The position numbers were made by a program, and so were the translations under genes. Under the pieces are notes generated by a model. It was given only the letters and a program-made list of their open reading frames with translations, searched no databases and was not told the DNA's origin. 37,788 nucleotides of DNA from Octopus bimaculoides (taxonomy: Eukaryota), in contig NC_068985.1 of assembly GCF_001194135.2 (NCBI RefSeq), positions 88,671,007-88,708,794 on the forward strand, given 5' to 3'. Shown piece by piece: positions 25,307 to 36,622 of this stretch (positions are counted from its first letter, which is position 1; each line of letters begins with the position of its first letter).

Positions 25307-26656
25307 TCTCAAAATTATTCCGAGATTTTTTCACCAATTCAGAATAATCAACAAAAGCAACAGACGACATAACACCAAAAGTATTAAGAAATGACGAATG
25401 TTGCATTTATCGTATTCAGAAATATAATACACTCAATGATGTATTATATGTTGCTTTCAAAGTAAGCGTTGTAAAACAGGATACAAATTGTCATAAGGTT
25501 TTATCTCAATAGAGTATTTGATTCACAGTCCTTTTTCTCTAAGATATTTCAACATAACTAAAGATTACTAAAGTTTAAACATGAAATTGTTGGAAAATGT
25601 CGCCAGTACGAGAGAGATAAAATTTCAATAATATAAATTGCTGAAAGGGAAACGAATTTGGTGAAAATCAGCATAAAATAATACTAATATATAAACAACA
25701 CGTTTCTTAGATGCATAAAAAATATACATTCGAAGGTTTTATATCACATTTCATATCTTACGAATGCTTTATCTTTGCACGGATTTGGTACATTAGCAAG
25801 ACATATGAAACATTGTACTCGTTGCATGCAGCCGGGGATTTCATTTCTTGGTAAATATGACGATACTTGTCCGCACGAATTTACTACAATGTTGAAATAT
25901 TTCTTTACTAAACTTCAGCTGTTTTAGCCAACTAGAATTCACGTACAAATGTCTATTTTGCAATTTAATGTGGTTTCCACCATAACAGTGAATATAGAGT
26001 AATTGTAAGAGATGAGAGCAGTCATACAAATCTGAGTTAATACAATAGAGAAAATAAATGCAATTATTACATCTACTTACAATAAAACATTTCCTTCAAC
26101 TAGTGAAACTTCTGTATCAAATCACGTCTTTATGTCTTGTTATTATTACACGCAAACAGCTACGTAGAGAAGACAGTCGCTTTCTGCTTGTGTAAAAAAG
26201 CCAATGCCTTTCTGTAAAAGTTTTCATTTGTATGACATTCATCAAGTAAATTACTTTTCACAGAAAATCACATTTGTTTTATATGAGTGTGTGTCAACAA
26301 TTTCTCATTCCTTTAAGATTTGTATTCCCTTGAGATAACATTAATGTTTTTATAGTAAATTTTACATTATGTTTCTTTGCTGTAACTTTACTTTGTTTCA
26401 AGTTTGGCGGCGTGCATTTAGTGAAGTCTAAAATGCAATTATTTTACCAGGTTAACTGTATCCTTTCCAAATGATATATTTCTCTTATGATATGAAGGAA
26501 GTCGTTTTAAAACAATTACGGCACCCAGAGGTGCTTTACGAAAGATCTTTTCCATTCATGTGCTTATACCGCCCCCTCATAAATCTAATACGCCTGGTCC
26601 ATTTTCACACCTCTTTTCAAGCATACCTAAATTTAGGTGTAGCGATTGTTGCTCCT

Positions 26657-26895
26657 AGGTGCTGATGTGGCCAGGATGTAAGACGTTTACTCCCCAACTA
26701 CACGGTTACCGGTTCAATCCCAATGTACAGCGACTTGGGCAAGCATTTTGTGTGTGTATTTGTTACACAGAAGATGAAACAAGCCAATGATATTTATTTG
26801 TGAGTTTTGCACTCGCGTGAGTTAACGCGTGCGTACGTGAGTGTTTTGTGTCTATATTTGTCGTAAACTGAAAGACGTCCGTCGTATATAAGTAC

Positions 26896-26926
<31 letters not shown>

Positions 26927-27150
26927 AGTGTGTGTGTGTATGTGTTTTTTGTGCGTGTGTGTGTGTGTGTGTGCGCGTGTGTGTTTGTCCCTCAGCATCG
27001 CTTGGCAACCGATGCTGGTGTGTTTCCATCCCCGTAACTTAGCGGTTCGGCAAAAACTAACCGATATAATAAGTCCTAGGGTCGATTTGCTCGACTAAAG
27101 GTGGTGCTCCAGCATGGCCACAGTCAAATGACTGACACAAGTAAAAAGAG
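26657..27150 (+). mobile_element. tRNA-derived SINE (family B) with internal (TA)/(TG) microsatellite
   Basis: Head GGTTCAATCCC, body AAACTGAAAGA..CCGTCGTATA, tail GGTGCTCCAGCATGGCCACAGTCAAATGACTGACACAAGTAAAAAGAG. Confidence 0.85.
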
Positions 27151-27219
27151 ACATTCCTGCTATGATATATTTTTCGCTTCTCTTTCTTCACACAAATGCT
27201 AAATTCTGGAAATCGAAAC

Positions 27220-27573
27220 GGGCAGCTGGCAGAAAGGTTAGTACAGCGTAAAATGCTTAGCTGCATTTTGTCTACCTTAATGTTCTGTGTTCAATTCCAG
27301 ACAAGGTCGAATTTGCATTTCATGATTCCGGGGCCGATGAAATAAATACCAGTTGAGCTCTGAGGACAATTACTTCGACATAACTACTTCACCGAACATG
27401 ATCTACTTGTGCTAAGATTTGATGTCAATATTCCATCATCCAAAAATACCGAGCACAATCGCTGGTATGATTAGCAAAATGCATGGCGGCATTATTGTCC
27501 AACATTACGTTCAAAGTTTAAATTCCACAGTGGTCGACTTGCTTTTTGCCCCTTCAAGGTCGATACAAATAAC
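27220..27573 (+). mobile_element. Two degenerate family A SINE copies (27220-27432; 27461-27573)
   Basis: GCAGCTGGCAGAAAGGTTAG...AAAATGCTTAGC...GTTCTGTGTTCAATTCC...GGTCGA and a second, more decayed copy. Confidence 0.7.
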
Positions 27574-27659
27574 ATGTTTCTAAAATGAGAATCAACTAGA
27601 AATATATTAGTATCGTTTCTTCCGATGCTCTAATATTTCAACTCATCAACGCATTCGTG

Positions 27660-27660
27660 G

Positions 27661-27700
<40 letters not shown>
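27660..27700. repeat. (AAT)n microsatellite
   Basis: Direct reading. Confidence 0.95.
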
Positions 27701-27702
<2 letters not shown>

Positions 27703-28029
27703 TTGATACGAGACAAAGAAAACAGGTGAGATCTCTATTAAACCACAGGAAGGGAGCAGTGATAGCTTGCTCACTGAAGGATATATAGATAGTCTGGAAA
27801 AAGACAGTAAAACTAATGGTGAAATGACAAATGGAGGAATGGAAATCTAGGATAGAAAAAGGCAAGGCATCGGGGCAACGATAGCGACGTTATTTGCAAC
27901 CGCAAAAAGGTTGATCGTTGGAAATTGAACGAAGAATCGAAAAATGTGAATGAAAATCTAAAATACATCCGAACAAAAAACATTCACAGACACAAATAAT
28001 TTGATCAAAGCAGCATGTAAGTTCGTAGC

Positions 28030-28106
28030 TGGCTATACGACACGATCTGTGTCCTTATATATATATTTTTTTTTTATATAAGGACACAGATAGTGTCATA
28101 TAGCCA
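28030..28106. repeat. 32-bp inverted repeat (hairpin) with TA/T-rich loop
   Basis: TGGCTATACGACACGATCTGTGTCCTTATATA versus TATATAAGGACACAGATAGTGTCATATAGCCA: 2 mismatches. Confidence 0.9.
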
Positions 28107-28211
28107 CCTGGAGACGATGTTGCCTGGGGCTAAATTACAACATTCGTCCTAAACCAGGACTGTCATGTTATGTTGGCAAACAATCTTTACTACAAAATAC
28201 TGTTGCTGAAT

Positions 28212-28620
28212 ATCTCGCGTTGTGAGATTTTAAAATAGGCCAGATATTATATTCAAAGACTTGAAACAAAAACCATCCATATGACTGTCCTAATTGACAT
28301 AAATGTATGCGTCAAGACCTATCAAAACTGAGTAAGTATAAAGATCTTGAAATGGAAAGTAGCAGAATGTGGAACCTCAAGACTAAACGATGCCTTTTGT
28401 CATAGGTGCCCTTTAAATGATAGCACAAGGAGCTGATTGCTACCTAACTTAGATATCAGGAAACCACAAAATGGCAGAAATTCAAAAGATTGTTTTCGTG
28501 GTGTCTGTCTATGTAATCGCCAATTTTATAACAAATTTATAATTTCTTATGTTTCCTTATATGACGACACCCTAGTCATAATACCAACTTGAATTTCTAA
28601 CTAAAGTACAAATACGAAAC
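28212..28620 (+). mobile_element. RLE-type (R4/Dong-like) LINE 3' remnant, copy 2
   Basis: Across frameshifts: L*DF..NRPDIIFKDLKQK / HMTVLIDINVCVKTY / KLSKYKDLEMESSRMWNLKTK / TMPFVIGAL*MIAQGADCYLT*ISGNHKMAEIQKIV. Confidence 0.85.
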
Positions 28621-29107
28621 AAAAGCGAAACAAGAGGAAAAACAAAAGAAGAAAAAGAAAAAGAAAAAGAAGGATACACGATAACACGGAGGACTGGAGA
28701 AGAGAATACTGTTACTTAAATAGAAATATATAAAGAGTAAAATCTATAACAGTATAAATTCAAGCAGCGAGAAATCTCCCAAATGTGGGAGAGTTCGTAG
28801 GGTTGCTCTTGAAGATCGCCATTGCACTGACCACTCCGAAAATATTCCTATCCATAACCCCTTGCTTCAATGTACAGTCACATTGTGTCTTATTACTCAG
28901 ATATAAGCCTTTTCCGCCTGGAGCCGATTCTCACCACTCGACGCGTGTTACGCATTGTTTGAAAAATATTCCTGCTGGTATTTTAGAAAAAGTGTATCAA
29001 ACTTACTGTACATACAGCTCGTGAGTGGTATGTTAATATAGGTGAGTGCACATTGCCTGCATACAATTTATCAATTTTACAGACATAAAATTTACTTTCC
29101 AAATATT

Positions 29108-29288
29108 ACAGTTCTATATTTAAGAGATGAGAAATTCTGTACATTATTTACATTCGACGGATATTTGTCCTCATCTTGTTTGTTGTTAACACAACGTTTC
29201 GACTGATATACCCTCTAGCATTCTTCAGGTATCTTGGGGAAAATTCGAACCTGGGATCTCATTCCTAAAGTATTCTACGATGCTGTTG

Positions 29289-29327
<39 letters not shown>

Positions 29328-29405
29328 TTGTTCAGGTCACTGCTTGGAATTGAACTCGGAATCTTGGTGTTATTAGTCCGTGCTCTTGACCCCTACGCCA
29401 TATGC
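29108..29405 (-). mobile_element. tRNA-headed SINE carrying a hammerhead motif (head 29405-29331, (AAT)n linker, body, 3' tail)
   Basis: Minus strand: GCATATGGCGTAGGGGTCAAGAGCACGG...CCGAGTTCAATTCCAAGC (A-box-like TGGCGTAG.GG; B-box GTTCAATTC), then (AAT)n, then a body homologous to 1564-1740 and 2311-2466. Confidence 0.8.
29188..29233 (-). ncRNA. Minimal hammerhead motif (stem I intact, stem II degenerate)
   Basis: GAUAC-CUGAAGA-A-UGCUA-GAGGGUAUAU-CAGUC-GAAA-CGUU-GUGUU. Confidence 0.55.
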
Positions 29406-29475
29406 TCTGATGAAGGCTGGTGGGTATTTTCACCCGAAACGTGTTAACAAACAAGATTAGTTGAATTTCTCCGTG
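29406..29475 (+). mobile_element. Inverted fragment of the hammerhead element starting at the catalytic core
   Basis: T-CTGATGA(29407-29413)-AGGCTGGTGGGTATTTTCACCC-GAAAC-GTGTTAACAAACAAGAT directly abuts the tRNA head of the minus copy. Confidence 0.75.
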
Positions 29476-30630
29476 TATTTTCGCAAACAACGGAAAACAT
29501 ATTACTCGAAGATGCAATGTGGAAAACAGATTCCACGAGGGTTAGAAATATAAGCTTATATTATCAGATGTGTCTCTGTAATACGATCCATAATTACAGC
29601 GATAAAAAAAGAAAATGTTTAATTTGAATTACAAGTTGCACTTCATAGATATGTGCAGGATTTTCGAAGAAAAGTGTAGAAGAATGTACAATTCTTATGA
29701 GTGGGGAACATCGGAAACTCAGCGAAGATTTTTATGCTTTATATAAGATTATATGTAGCTTAATCCTGCCAATAGTTCGTTTATATCATCAAGTCTTCTT
29801 GAAAGAAATAGGAAAGTAATGTTTTTAGAGATCTACCATGTTATTATAAACGAGATTTTCTTTTCACTGTTCATTCCGAATATTATGATATCGGGAAACC
29901 AGACACTTGCGGAACATTGCAGTATGAAAACGATGGAGAAAGGCCCCTAAGGATGATCGTTAAGACGAGAGGGTGAGAACATATATAATTCGCTCCAAAA
30001 GGATGGGCAGAGTTATGATTCGACGAGCGATACATAAGAACACCTAAATATTTGATCAAAAGTATTTCAAGAACAGAGACGTATTTATATTTATATTTTG
30101 TAATTTCCACATAATTATTTAGTTGTACTCTCGTGCTGCCGTATGAAATCTCTATACTTCCTGTAAGTGGTGAGGCAATATTTATCAAGCAAATTTTGTT
30201 AGTTTCTTAGTTAAATACACTTTTTCTCCTACGATTCCGATTATATTGTATGTTTGTGAGGCCTGAAACAAATTTTCACTAAAATTAATAAGGAAATGAA
30301 TTGTCTTCAATTCCGATTATCGTTTATCTGTAATTAAACTGCAAAATATAGGAATTACCAGTCATAAGTCCATAAAACTATCAATATTTTCCTTTCCTGT
30401 ATTTCCTCACATCTAGCAGGACAACAGTTAATGGAGGTTAGAAGACACTGGAAATACGCAACAACATATGCAAGATTACATGAAATGCTTGTGCAATAAT
30501 TAGAAAGTAAATGTAAATCCATCATTAACTTGAGATTTATTAATTATCTTCTCATTATTATCAGTTACACTTTCTCTTTCCCATTTTCATGACCAAAACC
30601 TTACTTATTGTTGCAGATGATAAAAGCTCC

Positions 30631-30785
30631 GAGCTGGCAGAATCTTTAATACGCCGGGCAAAATGCTTAGAGGTATTTCGTCTATTGCTACGTTCTGAGT
30701 TCAATTTCCACCGTCGTCCACTTTGTCTTTCATCCTTTCAGGGCTGATAAGTTAAGTACCACTCAAGTACTGGGTTCGATGTAAC
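30631..30785 (+). mobile_element. tRNA-derived SINE (family A)
   Basis: GAGCTGGCAGAA...ACGCCGGGCAAAATGCTTAG...GTTCTGAGTTCAATTTCC...CTTTCATCCTTTCAGGG. Confidence 0.9.
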
Positions 30786-30846
30786 GGCAGACAAAATAGC
30801 GCTAAGCATTTCGCCCGGCGCGCTAACGTTTCTGCCAGCTCGTCAC
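30786..30846 (-). mobile_element. Family A SINE head, inverted and abutting the previous copy
   Basis: Reverse complement reads GGTGACGAGCTGGCAGAAACGTTAGCGCGCCGGGCGAAATGCTTAGCGC. Confidence 0.9.
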
Positions 30847-31890
30847 CTTATTGAATAAATGAATATATATCGAATAAATATATATTACTTACCTGTTATT
30901 AGTCTGTGGAGAAAGAAGATATTTTTAATCAACGCTACACGTGTTTCTGATTAATTATCTTATTGTTGTTATTATTAACGGATGAAAGTTAAAAAGGCAT
31001 GTCATATTACATAGAAAAATAAGAATATGAATAAAAATATAATAAAAATACATAAATTCCATATATATGTTTTACATTTTTTTTAAAATTTGAAATTAAA
31101 CACCTAAAATTGCAATACCGATACATATAGAAAATTCTAAAGATAAGTAAACCCTCAACAACTATATCATAAACACAACAAACCCTACAGCGTATATATC
31201 AAATACTACAATCTATATAAACATTACGGGAATTAATAATTACCTTTGTATACAACTATAAATTACCATATTTTATGCCAACGTAAGTCAATAGTATTTA
31301 AAAAGATTATTTAGTAAAAACCACTATATACGCTATAAATTCATTGAATAAAACTAGTACAAAAAAATTAAAGGAAGAATACTTATCGACATAATATTTA
31401 CTCCTTCTCGTTCCTGTGTAAATGGCTGCTCCCTCTGTCGTGCGCTAAATATTATGGGAATAACATAAATAAAATAAAATACTCTGAAAAATGTTCTAAG
31501 ACTAATAATAGAGAAGTTCAATTCGAGGGGAGATAATAACTAGAGATATGTTATTCTCTTCAATCTAGCTGTAACTGAATTTTTTTTATAGCGTAGAAAT
31601 CTGTGTTAGATTAAATGTGGCCTGTGTATTCCTTTTAAGGTAATATTCTTTAATAAACTCTTGGTTACTGGTATTTCTGTATCTAACACTTCTATAGAAT
31701 TCTATTATAACTACATTTAACTATCTTCCCCATAAGTGTTCAAGTGATTGCAATATATTATAAATGATACTGTTTATATTGCATTAGTAAAGTGTAAAAT
31801 AGTAAATGTCTTGCTAACTGGGAATACTTATTATTCTCGAAAATTAAAAAAAATATCTATGTATATACATATATATATATACATGTATAC

Positions 31891-31921
<31 letters not shown>

Positions 31922-33120
31922 CTTACGTGTTTGTGCATGTATGTATATACGTGTAACATAACACACAGGACGTCAGAAAATGATTATATGATATTTCGAT
32001 GCGAAGCAGTACATATCATTAGACATTATACGCATATAACTAACAGTATTATCCTTTTAATAGTCATAGAGAAATTGACTGATCACCACTTTTCTGTTCT
32101 TCAGAGCAAAAAGTAAACTACTTACATGAAAATTGCAGAAGCAATATAAATGTTATCTATGGAAATATATATTGCGATGCTGAAACTGATATCGCATTTT
32201 GCATTATGTAATTTCCGTAAACATGCAAATAAATTAACTTAAAATTGCAATTAGTATGAAAAGAAATATGTATTTAGTTGTTGCGAATGAATTGAAAACT
32301 GTTAGGTCGAGCAATTATGAATCGGAACTTGTTGCTTGTTTATGACATGCAGCCGAATGATATCCAAGTGTGCAGTGTCCATTAATATAAGTATGATTGC
32401 TTGAATAATGATAGATATTCTCTAATTGATTCGGTTTATTCTATCAAGTTTCGATTTTATGATTCAATGATTGTTAATTAAAACTGGAGCATTGCCATTC
32501 GGGCAGAGCGCTTGTTTATGAAAAAGAAAAGATTTTGTCGTTGCTTTTAAATTCACTGCGACAATTGCAGATACATGGAGATTTATCTATTAGGAGCAAA
32601 TGAGTATTGAACGGTCAGAGAATACCAGAGTGACACATTTTATGTTAGTTTTATACATGCTGAAAGATTTCTCGTGGATATCAATTGCGTATATAGTTCA
32701 GTAACTTCACTTCTACCTCTACAATTATCTCTACCTGTTGTGATTAATAACATGCATAATAATTTAATTTCACAATCAATAGTAACTCTTACAACACTCC
32801 GTGGAGGATTCCCTGAAGAAAGTAATTGCTGTAATAATACATCATTAAATACGTATCTGCCGTTTATATCTTACCACGCGCGTTAGATAAATGATGCATG
32901 AATTTTGTTATTTTTGGAATATACAATAAACAATGTAAGTTGTGGTAGTTTAACCTACTGTTGTATTTGAAAGATTAGTGCTGTATATATAAATATATAT
33001 GTATATACTTTACTTTGATATGTTTCGGCCAGAATTGGCCCAGGTCATGTCTAACTTAATAGCACCGCCTGGTGAAGAAATTCAACTCAGGAATCGGACA
33101 TGAACCACTAGAGTTATTGT

Positions 33121-33535
33121 TTACGGACACATATCTGGGTGTAGGAGGTATTTCTTGAAGAATGTTCTCTAAAGACATCTTGAACTTTATGGTGTGCATT
33201 TCTCCTCTTATGTATTTTGGTGTAATGTTAAAGAAAGCGGGGCCAATTGAGGTTAAACAAATTGTGCCGTATTGTTGTTATGAGATGCAAGGGTGATTCA
33301 TGTTGACGGCGGATAGCATGGAAGACAAGTCTTGGGTGTATCTTAGAGGTGATGCCAACATCAGTTGTGCAATGCTAATGCAATATTTTCCACATCAGGC
33401 AGATGATGTAGCGCTATCGGCGGCATTGGAGAGAATAAAGCTCGAGCTTTTCTAGTCGACCCCAATAGTCAATGCATGTCATGCCCTCTATCTTTTCTGC
33501 AATTCACCTTTGAGGTGCTTCAGTTTTCATGATAG
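33121..33535 (-). mobile_element. CR1/L2-type LINE 3' coding remnant
   Basis: Minus strand reads KIEGMTCIDYWGRLEKLELYSLQCRR*RYIICLMWKIL...IGPAFFNITPKYIR...FKMSLENILQEIP. This matches the recalled CR1-type 'Y.ERL..L.L.SL..RR.R' and 'FK..LD.FL' C-terminal signature. Confidence 0.8.
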
Positions 33536-33629
33536 TTCGATTTGTGTGGGGAGACCACAGTGGGAGACCACAATCGGAGACCACAGTACTCCATAAATTA
33601 ATATTGCTGTTGTTGTTGTTGTTGTCGTT

Positions 33630-34072
33630 TTTATTATTTCAGACGGGCCTGCCAGAGGTGCGCTCAAAATTATGAAACCGTTATTCAGTAGTCTTATTTT
33701 TCTTCATGTGCTTTCACTTCCCTACCGGTTGCAGTTCTGTGTCCCTTGGGTATGTGCTGTAGTGCTCTTACAGTATTGAAAGTGTTTTACGTAGGACGAG
33801 CACAGTGCCTAGTGGTGCTATTTCCTGTATGTTATATATATATTTTTGTTAGTGCTGGTGTTTTTGTTACATATTTGTCTGAATATTTTTCATCATACCT
33901 AATGCTGCAACTATGATAGGAATTTTTTCTGTTTTTAGATTCCACATTCGAGTTACCTCTATTTGCAGAGTATTATATTTTGAAAACTCTCCATTTCTTA
34001 TAGAGAGAATGTGTCATCTGTTAGTATTGATACCTCAATTGGGAAGCATTTTTTTCTCCTCGATATCTGGCA
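33630..34072 (-). mobile_element. RLE-type (R4/Dong-like) LINE 3' remnant, copy 3, flanked by (AAT)/(AAC) repeats
   Basis: Minus strand: PDIEEKKCFPIEVSILTDD...LQIEVTRMWNLKTEKIPIIVAALGMM...YNIQEIAPLGTVLVLRKTLSIL* (stop 33770-33768). The 3' UTR ends in AATAATAAAAACGAC(AAC)n, and the 5' truncation abuts the microsatellite at 34081-34140. Confidence 0.88.
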
Positions 34073-34094
34073 AGTATATCTTATTATCATTATT

Positions 34095-34130
<36 letters not shown>

Positions 34131-34494
34131 GCTATTATTTCGATTTATTATTAAAAGTATTATTAAATGTTGTTTAGCTTCAACTTTTGTCTTGTCTTTG
34201 AGAAGACCATAGATATGTGAGGGTTGAAGGGAATAGAAGAAGGAAGAGAAGCAGCTTGGTGAATAAACAATATTCGACAGATGGTGACGAGATTAGCAAT
34301 GGGCATTGCTGTGTAATAAGGTGAGAAAAACACCTCACACGCTTGGAGTCAACGGAGGTCTAATCTGTTTACTAGCGCTGATCTTGATCTTGAAAAGAAC
34401 CAATTCACCTTGTTCTATTTTTAATTACAGATAGAAAATAATAATTACAATAATAATAATAAATTTTTGAATTTCTGAATTACCATTATTTATG

Positions 34495-34709
34495 TTTTTA
34501 TTGCCCACAGGTGGCTAAGCATAGAGGGCACAGGGAAAGGGATTAAGTCGATTACATCGACCCCAGTACATAACTGGTACTTATTTAATCGATCCCGAAC
34601 GGATCAAAAGCATATTCGACCTCGCCTGAATTTGAACTGAGAAACGTAGAAGCAGACGAAATACCACTACGCATTTCGCCCGGCGTGCTAACGTTTCTGC
34701 CAGCTCGCC
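34495..34709 (-). mobile_element. tRNA-derived SINE (family A), near full length
   Basis: Reverse complement begins GGCGAGCTGGCAGAAACGTTAGCACGCCGGGCGAAATGCGTAG. Confidence 0.9.

Positions 34710-34801
<92 letters not shown>
34710..34801. repeat. (TTA)n microsatellite
   Basis: Direct reading. Confidence 0.98.
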
Positions 34802-34847
34802 GATCCAATATATTCAACGAGGACAGATGACGAGATAGGGAGGAACA

Positions 34848-34975
34848 TGTCCCCTTTCATCATTTCAGGGGGGTTGAGAAAACAGGTACTAGTTGATCAT
34901 AGGGGGTCGGTATGATCGACTCACCCGCTCCCTCCCATAGAACTGCAGCTCTTGTGACAACATTTGAAACCATTA
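34848..34975 (+). mobile_element. Family A SINE 3' half
   Basis: CCTTTCATCATTTCAGGGG...GGTACTAGTTGA...GGGGTCG...ATCGACT...TTGTG.CAACATTTGAAACCATTATT. Confidence 0.65.
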
Positions 34976-35180
34976 TTACAATTATTATTATCATCATCAT
35001 CCTTCGCCTCCTGCTCCTCCTCCTCAACATCAACATCATTATCATTCTTGTCCCTGTTATTGCTATTGTTATGAAGATGACGATGACGATGATGATAATG
35101 ATGACGATGGTGATGATGATGATGATGATGATGATGATGGTGACGACGATGATGATGATGACGACGGCAGCGACGACATC
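34976..35180. repeat. Trinucleotide mosaic (ATT/ATC/CTC/GAT/GAC)
   Basis: Direct reading; explains ORFs 34912-35283 and 34921-35241. Confidence 0.85.
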
Positions 35181-36362
35181 GATGTTGACCCAGAGGAATG
35201 ATTGTGGAGACTTCCGTCACTATGACCTTAACGACTGTCATAAATGTTCAGAAAACATCAAATTGCTTTTAAAACTGACATAAAATGCAAAGAAAAGAAA
35301 TTGCAACACAGACAAGAATAATACATACGGTGGGTATGTCGTGAGAGCTATCGCGCTGCGCAAAGTTTAAATATTTATAAACATAAAAACAAGTGATAAA
35401 TATGCTATAGAATATTATAATGGAAGTGATTACATTAACTTGTTCAATTGTTTCCGAGACAGGAAATTGATATTTATAGAGCTTCAACCGATTTACTTAA
35501 GATACTTCTAGCATCTCACTGAACAATCTCATTTATTTCATTGAAAACAACATATTTGTCATCATAACAACTATCATAATATTCATATTTACATTAACTG
35601 GTCGTCAAATGAAAATTATTACCGAGGTGACAATTACAGCAAGCGGTTTTTAATTGTTCTTATTTAGGAAAATTATGTATAACATTGTTAATAATCCATT
35701 CAAGAAGCATTTTTGGTGACATTAAAAAAAATTATGTGTCGAGAAAAAATTTTATTCTGAAAGATTTTCAATATTATGATTACATTGAAATATGTTTTTA
35801 TGGTTTCCCAAAATTTCAATAACTAGTATAAAAGAAATATAACACTTATGGAAGTAGTATTTGTAGAGATGAAAACCAATTTTATTCTTGATGTGATAGA
35901 ATGAGAAGAATATTGCAGATCTTTCTTTGTCAGAATTTTTGAGATATAAAATAGTTTGCTTCTGATTTGTATTCATCTATGGAAATCTTTAGAAAATCAT
36001 TTTAAGTTGTGCCAGGATTATTAAATAAAACGAGATAAACAAATATCGCTTATATAGAAAATGAAGAAAATATGAAATTGAAAATAGTCGAAATGGATTT
36101 TACGAACAAAGACAATGGAATGCTGAAAATAACAACAACAGGGAAAACGTTAATTAATATTTATTACAGAGCATCGGTAATAACTACAAGGAAATGTATT
36201 AGAAGTATAAATATAGCCTGAGGTATGTAAATACTCATTTTGGTTTATATGTTTCCGTTTAGTTTATCTCTGCCTCTATATATAATTGTGTGGGTGTGCT
36301 TGCTTGCATATTCGTATGCATATAACTATGCGTATATGTATATATATGTGTGTGCGTGTGTA

Positions 36363-36376
36363 TAATAATAATAATG

Positions 36377-36424
<48 letters not shown>

Positions 36425-36469
36425 TATAAATATATGCATACATACATATATTTACTTTCCTATCTATCA

Positions 36470-36533
<64 letters not shown>

Positions 36534-36578
36534 CTCTCTCTATATATATATATGTGCGTGTGTGTGTTAGTGTGTGTG

Positions 36579-36622
<44 letters not shown>

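Noticed and set aside
27751-27850. Plus-strand peptide EGSSDSLLTEGYIDSLEKDSKTNGEMTNGGMEI* as a terminal exon
   Set aside because: Weak acceptor, no recognisable homology and no upstream exons identified.
29331-29405. tRNA gene
   Set aside because: Degenerate and fused to (AAT)n and a repeat body, so it is a SINE head rather than a functional tRNA.
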